IMG/VR virus record: IMGVR_UViG_3300042868_005641
Location: 1-64,000 of that record
Strand: one strand, 5' to 3'
DNA length: 64,000 nucleotides
Origin: a virus
Within the stretch, counting starts at the first letter, position 1, and each line of letters begins with the position of its first letter. Below are positions 58,409 to 64,000 of the stretch, in pieces. The notes beneath the pieces were generated by a model. It did not search any database. It saw only the letters and a program-made list of their open reading frames with translations, and had not been told where the DNA came from. Position numbers and translations under genes: made by a program.

Positions 58409-58645
58409 ATGTATATCGCATTTGATCTTGTAAATCAGCAGCACTGGAATGATATTCAGGATGCATTAGATGAGTGGCAAGAAAAATACGATATACCTTT
58501 CCAAACCAAAACAGTAAAACTGGTCACACGAGTGGTGTTTGCGTCCGACGAACTTTATAGTTTTTTTGCTCTAAGCTGGAATCCACCATATGCATATCTT
58601 AAAACATATCGAATAATTGAGCCAATGAAACTTGACCACTTGTGA
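58409..58645 (+). CDS. Hypothetical protein
   Basis: Packed ORF; FALSW. Confidence 0.55.
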   Translation: MYIAFDLVNQQHWNDIQDALDEWQEKYDIPFQTKTVKLVTRVVFASDELYSFFALSWNPPYAYLKTYRIIEPMKLDHL

Positions 58646-58662
58646 AATTTGCTGTATAAATA
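58632..58662 (+). promoter_or_regulatory. Overlapping sigma70 and T4-like late promoter for hsp20
   Basis: TTGACC-N17-TATAAA; the -10 extends as TATAAATA. Confidence 0.7.
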
Positions 58663-58666
58663 CACT

Positions 58667-58729
58667 TGTAGATGCCCATGGTGGGGTCTACATTATTCAG
58701 TCATACTTGCTTATTAAAGGAGAAACAAC
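58667..58729 (+). promoter_or_regulatory. ROSE-like RNA thermometer candidate
   Basis: 5' hairpin TGTAGA...TCTACA, then CTTGCTT pairing with the AAGGAG SD with a bulged G. Confidence 0.55.
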
Positions 58730-59176
58730 ATGACAAAAACTCTACACCTACGTAGTTTCGATATCCCCGCTTTCAACAAATTTGGAATTGGTTTTGACAA
58801 TGTGTTTGACGATCTAATGCGGGTCACACAAACTCAAAGTTCAACCAACTATCCTCCACACAATGTGATCAAGACCGGTGACGACACAGTCACCATCGAA
58901 GTCGCTGTGGCAGGTTTTTCCGAAGGCGAAATTGATATCAGCCTGAACAAACGATTGCTTACTGTAACAGGTAACAAAAAGCGCGATGACGATGCTGACC
59001 ATGAATATCTACATCGTGGCATTTCCAGCCGTGACTTCAAGCAGACATTTCCGCTTGCTGAGCACGTGGAAGTGAATGGTGCAGCTATCAAGGATGGCAT
59101 CTTGACTGTGTACTTGGAACGTAAAGTTCCTGAATCAGCCAAGCCGAAGAGTATTGCAATCACATACACTTCGTAG
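58730..59176 (+). CDS. Small heat-shock protein (Hsp20/IbpA-like)
   Basis: NYPPHN, EVAVAGF, YLHRGI..R.F, DGIL, C-terminal IAI (IxI). Confidence 0.93.
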   Translation: MTKTLHLRSFDIPAFNKFGIGFDNVFDDLMRVTQTQSSTNYPPHNVIKTGDDTVTIEVAVAGFSEGEIDISLNKRLLTVTGNKKRDDDADHEYLHRGISSRDFKQTFPLAEHVEVNGAAIKDGILTVYLERKVPESAKPKSIAITYTS

Positions 59177-59231
59177 TATAATTGTGTAAATACAGTGGCA
59201 GGAATCACCCTGCCACTCCAAGAGGAACCAT

Positions 59232-59540
59232 ATGTCAAACGCAGAAGCAGCAACTATTACCAAAACTAAAAAAGCCATCAAAGAGCCGCCTCTTTATCGT
59301 GTGATCTACATCAATGATAACACTACCACAATGGAATTTGTAGTAGAAAGTCTAGTAGAGTTCTTTGACTATACCATTGACACAGCTACACAGTTGACAG
59401 TGAGCATACATGAACATGGCCAGGCTATAGTGGCAGTATTGCCGTTTGAAATTGCCGAGCAAAAAGGTTATGAAGTTAAAGAAAGCGCACGTGAGCAGGA
59501 CTTTCCTTTGCAAATCAAGCTAGAGCCGGATTCCAAATAA
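59232..59540 (+). CDS. clpS: ClpS N-degron adaptor
   Basis: PPLYRVIYINDNTTTMEFVV, IHEHG, EIAEQK, FPL..LEP. Upstream: TTGCAA-N17-TATAAT, TAAATA and a hairpin at 59194-59217. Confidence 0.9.
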   Translation: MSNAEAATITKTKKAIKEPPLYRVIYINDNTTTMEFVVESLVEFFDYTIDTATQLTVSIHEHGQAIVAVLPFEIAEQKGYEVKESAREQDFPLQIKLEPDSK

Positions 59541-59541
59541 A

Positions 59542-60345
59542 TCAAGTTTTTACTTCAATACGTTTAGGATAGTAAGCATCTTGTCGATATGGTGTATCAC
59601 CACGCCCACGACAGTTGTTTACAAATCTTATTCCTTCTACAGTTTTGTCCACATTGCCATGATAGTGGCCAAAACACCAGGTACTGATCTTGCGTTCAGT
59701 GTCATTGGTATGCACTAGATGCATGAGTCTATTGCCCATGTGATTAAACTGTACAGTATTTTCTAGTTCTATATCATGACGAATCAATTGCGCACTGGGT
59801 ACAGTGTGTGTGACAATCACAATCTTTTTCACGTCATTGTGTGTTTGTAAACGTTGCACACTGTTGACCAAATACGCAACATCACGCCTGCTCATGTCAC
59901 TGATTTCTTCAGGATTGATCACATGTCCGGGCATCTTTTTAGCATACCAATCAGTTATGTATTGTTTACAATCGTCTCTGTTGATATTTTCATCTAGATC
60001 ATATCCCCACCATCCATTGGTTCCTAATATAGCTACACCATCAATCACACACACATTGTCTTGAAGATAGGTAACTCGATTTAACCGATTGATACTGCGG
60101 GCTAGTTCTTGATAGCTTTCGCCTATTCTGTGATAGTTGTAAGTGTGCTCATCATTGCCATCTATGTAAAACACAGCCGCATAACAGTTGGCTAGATGCT
60201 TCAAACAGTTTCTCACTATTCTAGGATCTGAGCTTATGTCTCCAGCTACCACACATACCGGGCTAGTAGGTTGGCCAGTCCAGTCAAATTCCCCAGGCCA
60301 CGTCTCCAGATGTAGATCTGAAATTAAGTCGAATGTCATGCTCAT
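59542..60345 (-). CDS. Calcineurin-like metallophosphoesterase
   Basis: SDLH, AGD, GNDEH, VTH, FGHYH. Confidence 0.85.
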   Translation of the reverse strand: MSMTFDLISDLHLETWPGEFDWTGQPTSPVCVVAGDISSDPRIVRNCLKHLANCYAAVFYIDGNDEHTYNYHRIGESYQELARSINRLNRVTYLQDNVCVIDGVAILGTNGWWGYDLDENINRDDCKQYITDWYAKKMPGHVINPEEISDMSRRDVAYLVNSVQRLQTHNDVKKIVIVTHTVPSAQLIRHDIELENTVQFNHMGNRLMHLVHTNDTERKISTWCFGHYHGNVDKTVEGIRFVNNCRGRGDTPYRQDAYYPKRIEVKT

Positions 60346-60369
60346 GATACATATTTAAAAGGATTACAC

Positions 60370-60723
60370 ATGAACATAATATTTGGAGACTCGGCTGCAC
60401 AACAAGCTCAAGAAAAATACATAGTATTAGAACTAGACACATTTCAAGTGGATCAACAACTGACCACTACCTATGCACTGGTTGAACAAGTGACATTGAT
60501 GGAAATGCTTAGTTTGGATCAATTTAAAGAATTACATAGCAATCTACTGAAAGAATACCGCAAACGCAATTGGAAATATTGCGAAAATGCTATGGAGCAT
60601 TTGATTGGCAAATGGAACGGTGAACTTGATACTTTTTACACAGTGTTAACAGAACGTATTCAAGAACTAAAAACGCAATCACTGCCCGATGACTGGACTG
60701 GAGTTATTTTGCGATCTGCTTAG
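60370..60723 (+). CDS. Hypothetical protein resembling the C-terminal extension of class III nucleotide cyclases
   Basis: LELD...YRKRNW...P.DWTGV pattern; no catalytic domain. Confidence 0.45.
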   Translation: MNIIFGDSAAQQAQEKYIVLELDTFQVDQQLTTTYALVEQVTLMEMLSLDQFKELHSNLLKEYRKRNWKYCENAMEHLIGKWNGELDTFYTVLTERIQELKTQSLPDDWTGVILRSA

Positions 60724-62007
60724 TCTATGCTGTCTGAGTTGTCGAATTGATCTTTTCATATACTCAGATTTAAATTCTGAACTTAGTTTATTTCCAGCCC
60801 GCCAGATTTTTCTATACCGCCAAAACGTATCACCTAGATTTTCGTAACAAAAATTTACTGCTTGATTAAGATTATGCTGTAACTCTTGGCTAACTTGATT
60901 CATGAATTCATCACTGAAAAAATGTTGACGGTTATACTCCGAAATACGATTTATCTCTTGCCAGTCGGCAGCAGTTAAGTTTTGTATTTGTTGCATGGTC
61001 TTGATAATTTTTTCCATTCTCTTTATACAATCAGTTTCACCATCGTAGCTTTCATCAAATACTGAACCAAAAGTTTGAAATCCATACCGTCGCAGATAAG
61101 CCAATGCCCCCGGGCCTGCGGCCAACACAAACGGATGACCACATGCAATGGGTCGTAGTATTTTTTCTGTGAGATGAATCTTGCTAGTATCAAACACTGT
61201 TTCTAACACCACACTGATAGCTGTGGTTGTGATATCAACTGTGTCGTAATCTGCACTGGCGCTGGCAGCAGTGTTATTATCTGGGATGGCCAATAATCGG
61301 TGAGCATCTACTGCAAATTGAGGATTTTGTACTTGATAATCACAAAGATGCACACCTTGGTTATTAACATGCTGTGTGCTGATATTGCATTGATTCAATA
61401 GATCGGCATTCAACAACAATTCCATGAATTTTAATCTATATTCTCTATTGGGTGTCCAATCTCGGCAGTAAACTAAAAATGTTTTTTCTATTTGTTTGTG
61501 TTTGAGTCTAACATCATGTTGGGCAAATCTATACCAATCTCTGGCTATCATGGCATGACTCCAGTAGTACGCCGGGCAGAATCCATTTTGAGAAAATTGC
61601 TCAACGTCCTCACTGTTCCATTCACTATGCAATAATATAGTCCAATCTTTGGCATCATAAAATGCATTGAGCCATGTGGGTTTAAATTTGGGATATCGAT
61701 CAAGTCGAGAATAAAATCTTAACCAGTCAGATGTTAATACTGCTAAGTTTTTGTCATTTTGATTATAGTGTTTGATCAACTTAACTAGTCGATCCATATT
61801 ATGATCAAATTGGTATTCGGAAAAATTCAAAGGTTCCTGATCATAACATATCATGTCAGGAATCATTGCACTGTTATTATCGTAATTTTTAAAAATATTA
61901 AGGTCAAAAATATCTTTGCTGCCATGTGGACGGAATACATAAAGTATCACTGGACGTTGTGCTAGGCCTTCTACCCAGTGATACAGATGATCTAAAGGAA
62001 TATTCAT
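60679..62007 (-). CDS. GT-B/GT10-like hypothetical protein (paralog 4 of 4)
   Basis: ISVVLET...LTEKILRP...PFV...LRRYGFQTF...DESYD; likely start MNIPLD at 62007. Confidence 0.55.
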   Translation of the reverse strand: MNIPLDHLYHWVEGLAQRPVILYVFRPHGSKDIFDLNIFKNYDNNSAMIPDMICYDQEPLNFSEYQFDHNMDRLVKLIKHYNQNDKNLAVLTSDWLRFYSRLDRYPKFKPTWLNAFYDAKDWTILLHSEWNSEDVEQFSQNGFCPAYYWSHAMIARDWYRFAQHDVRLKHKQIEKTFLVYCRDWTPNREYRLKFMELLLNADLLNQCNISTQHVNNQGVHLCDYQVQNPQFAVDAHRLLAIPDNNTAASASADYDTVDITTTAISVVLETVFDTSKIHLTEKILRPIACGHPFVLAAGPGALAYLRRYGFQTFGSVFDESYDGETDCIKRMEKIIKTMQQIQNLTAADWQEINRISEYNRQHFFSDEFMNQVSQELQHNLNQAVNFCYENLGDTFWRYRKIWRAGNKLSSEFKSEYMKRSIRQLRQHRLSRSQNNSSPVIGQ

Positions 62008-63252
62008 ATGAAAAAAATTGGTTTTATTGGTATTGGGAAATTGGGACTGGATTGTGCCGAAGTCATGGCCGAGAAGCATGAAGTTAGAGGCTATGATATT
62101 TACCCACGTACCAGTGACTCGGTAAAAGTATGTGACATTAACGAGTTGGTTAACGAAAGCGAATGGATCTTCATTGCTGTACCTACTCCGCATGCAGAAG
62201 GATACGATGGTTCTGTACCTAGCAGCCACATGGAACCTAGAGATTTTGGGCACGATGCAGTGATCGACGCTATTCACAAAATCAATCAGCATGCCCGTGG
62301 TCCTAAGAAAGTGGTATTGATCAGCACAGTATTGCCTGGCACCACCCGCAGCAAGTTTATTACACTGTTGGATCCGGTGCATCAGTTCTTGTATAACCCA
62401 TATCTCATTGCCATGGGATCAGTTAAATGGGACATGGTCAATCCTGAAATGATAATGATTGGAACTGAAGACGGCAGTTTAACTGGTGTTGCGTCTGAAC
62501 TCAAAGTATTATATGACACAGTGATGCAGAACAATCCACGTTACGAAATTGGTACGTGGGATGAATGCGAAGCTATTAAAATCTTCTACAACACATTTAT
62601 TTCGGCCAAAGTAGGACTAGTAAACATGGTGCAAGACTTTGCTATGAAGATCGGGCACATCAATGTCGATGTTGTAACAGATGCATTGGCCCGCAGTACC
62701 ATGCGTATCATGGGTCCAAAATACATGACAGCGGGAATGGGAGATGCAGGTGCTTGCCATCCGCGTGACAACATTGCACTACGCTGGTTGGCACAAGAAT
62801 ACGAAATTGGCTACGACTTATTTGATACTGTGATGCATGCTCGGGAAATACAAGCAGAAAACTTGGCAAAGTTCCTAATAGGTGAAAGTCAAGTCAATAA
62901 CAACTTACCTATTGTTATTCATGGTAAAGCATACAAACCTGATGTGGCATACTGTATTGGTAGCTATTCAACCTTGGTTGGGCATTATGTTGAGAAACAC
63001 GGACACAAAGTAGTATATGTTGATCCATTGGCAGATGATCCAACCGATGTAGTAGACCACATTGATGGTGCTGCAATATTCTTGTGGGCACACAACCGTA
63101 AAATCACATACGAATATACCGGTGATCAAGCTGATACACAACCTTATTGCAAAATACATATAGGCAGTGTTATTGTGGATCCTTGGCGCAAACTGTCACA
63201 GATCATGGATGGTATTGAAGTGGTCCATTATGGAAACACCCGTACAAAATAA
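62008..63252 (+). CDS. ugd: UDP-glucose/GDP-mannose 6-dehydrogenase family protein
   Basis: GIGKLG, IAVPTP, STVLPGT, E.IK.FYN, GACHPRD (catalytic Cys), AYKP. Confidence 0.85.
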   Translation: MKKIGFIGIGKLGLDCAEVMAEKHEVRGYDIYPRTSDSVKVCDINELVNESEWIFIAVPTPHAEGYDGSVPSSHMEPRDFGHDAVIDAIHKINQHARGPKKVVLISTVLPGTTRSKFITLLDPVHQFLYNPYLIAMGSVKWDMVNPEMIMIGTEDGSLTGVASELKVLYDTVMQNNPRYEIGTWDECEAIKIFYNTFISAKVGLVNMVQDFAMKIGHINVDVVTDALARSTMRIMGPKYMTAGMGDAGACHPRDNIALRWLAQEYEIGYDLFDTVMHAREIQAENLAKFLIGESQVNNNLPIVIHGKAYKPDVAYCIGSYSTLVGHYVEKHGHKVVYVDPLADDPTDVVDHIDGAAIFLWAHNRKITYEYTGDQADTQPYCKIHIGSVIVDPWRKLSQIMDGIEVVHYGNTRTK

Positions 63253-63751
63253 TGCCTGGGCCCGAGGGCATGTAAACCCTTGGTGGGGTCTACAGCATAG
63301 AGACCTTGGGTATATCAACGAACCATTTAATGATCGTGTGTCATTGAACAAATGGCGTGATTTGGGTTATACCCAAAGCAGATTCACTGGCGATATGTAT
63401 GATATGCGTAATGCTGCGCCAGACTGGGTTGACCAATTTCAAATGATATTTCCGTTTGAACACTTTGCCTGGAGTTTTTACCGTATGCCGCCAGGATCTG
63501 TATTGCCTGCACACAGTGACACATACGATAGATTCAAATTGATACACGGTCTAGAATCCACACACTCTGTAGTACGCACTATTGTGTTTCTTGAAGATTG
63601 GGCTAGCGGTCACTATTTAGAAATGAATAGTCAACCAGTTACCAATTGGCGTGCAGGAGACTGGGTAAGCTGGCGCGATGATTTTGTGCATCTAGCGGCC
63701 AACATAGGACAAACTGATAGATATACGTTGCAACTTACCGGAACAGTATGA
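63230..63751 (+). CDS. Putative 2OG-Fe(II) oxygenase / cupin-fold protein
   Basis: PGSVLPAHSD (HxD), distal H in VHLAAN, RYTLQ. Confidence 0.65.
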   Translation: METPVQNNAWARGHVNPWWGLQHRDLGYINEPFNDRVSLNKWRDLGYTQSRFTGDMYDMRNAAPDWVDQFQMIFPFEHFAWSFYRMPPGSVLPAHSDTYDRFKLIHGLESTHSVVRTIVFLEDWASGHYLEMNSQPVTNWRAGDWVSWRDDFVHLAANIGQTDRYTLQLTGTV

Positions 63752-64000
63752 AGATACACAGTTTTAATGAATGGGATCCACTGCGGTCCGTGGTAGTGGG
63801 GCGTGCTGATCATGCCAATTGGCCTACAAAAGATCCTGTGTTCCGTTCAGAAAGTGAACGCACACTGTGGAAAGAAACTCCACTACCGTCGGGCCCTGTG
63901 CCCGACTGGATCATCCAGGAAGCCAATCAAGACCTTGATCAACTGGTTGGCGTTCTTAGATCATTAAATGTAGAAGTATTCCGCCCTAATGATCTTGATT
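63748..64000 (+). CDS. Amidinotransferase (glycine/inosamine-phosphate amidinotransferase-like), truncated by window end; not in ORF track
   Basis: MKIHSFNEWDPLRSVVVGRAD...EANQDLDQL...L..LNVEVFRP matches the family N-terminus. Confidence 0.75.
   Translation, partial: MKIHSFNEWDPLRSVVVGRADHANWPTKDPVFRSESERTLWKETPLPSGPVPDWIIQEANQDLDQLVGVLRSLNVEVFRPNDLD

Noticed and set aside
62008-62382. N-terminal 125 codons of ORF 60679-62382
   Set aside because: Fully antisense to ugd and not protein-like; start reassigned to 62007.
1-64000. Bacterial chromosome or prophage, suggested by gmd, iscUA, clpX, the ABC transporter and the porin
   Set aside because: Host-like genes are interleaved with phage replication and virion genes and share the phage promoter motifs. 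No integrase, att site or housekeeping operon is seen.
1-64000. Genome-wide stop-codon recoding
   Set aside because: Conserved genes are full length under the standard code, and TAA, TAG and TGA all end genes. Only one internal TGA (49936) was seen.

Overview
This window is a 64-kb segment of a large lytic dsDNA phage, not a bacterial chromosome. It looks myovirus-like: PAAR spike, T4-like TAAATA late-promoter boxes, UvsW-like helicase, gp41/gp61/gp62-like replication genes, NrdAB and an ATP-dependent ligase. The standard genetic code is used and genes are densely packed. From start to end it contains: (1) an ~11-kb glycan/methyltransferase island (Gmd, several glycosyltransferase-like and methyltransferase genes, a cytidylyltransferase-cupin fusion); (2) an early AAA+ ATPase unit with three unlisted micro-ORFs and two radical SAM genes; (3) a replication block with a degenerate Hint-fold protein and a 183-aa miniature DnaE-like protein; (4) a late block of likely virion/head proteins, including a Pol-beta-type nucleotidyltransferase fused to a ligase-like domain; (5) IscU/IscA, exonuclease, tail protein, NrdAB/glutaredoxin, PAAR and a porin; (6) an array of promoter-plus-small-gene early cassettes and the DNA ligase; (7) a candidate structured ncRNA and a polyamine-type ABC transporter lacking its binding protein; (8) a ClpX/Hsp20/ClpS module with a ROSE-like thermometer; (9) Ugd, a putative oxygenase and a truncated amidinotransferase. 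The porin and Isc genes suggest a proteobacterial host, possibly Betaproteobacteria (inference). I found no tRNA, rRNA, CRISPR array or integrase. All product calls come from motif recognition by eye; no database search was run.
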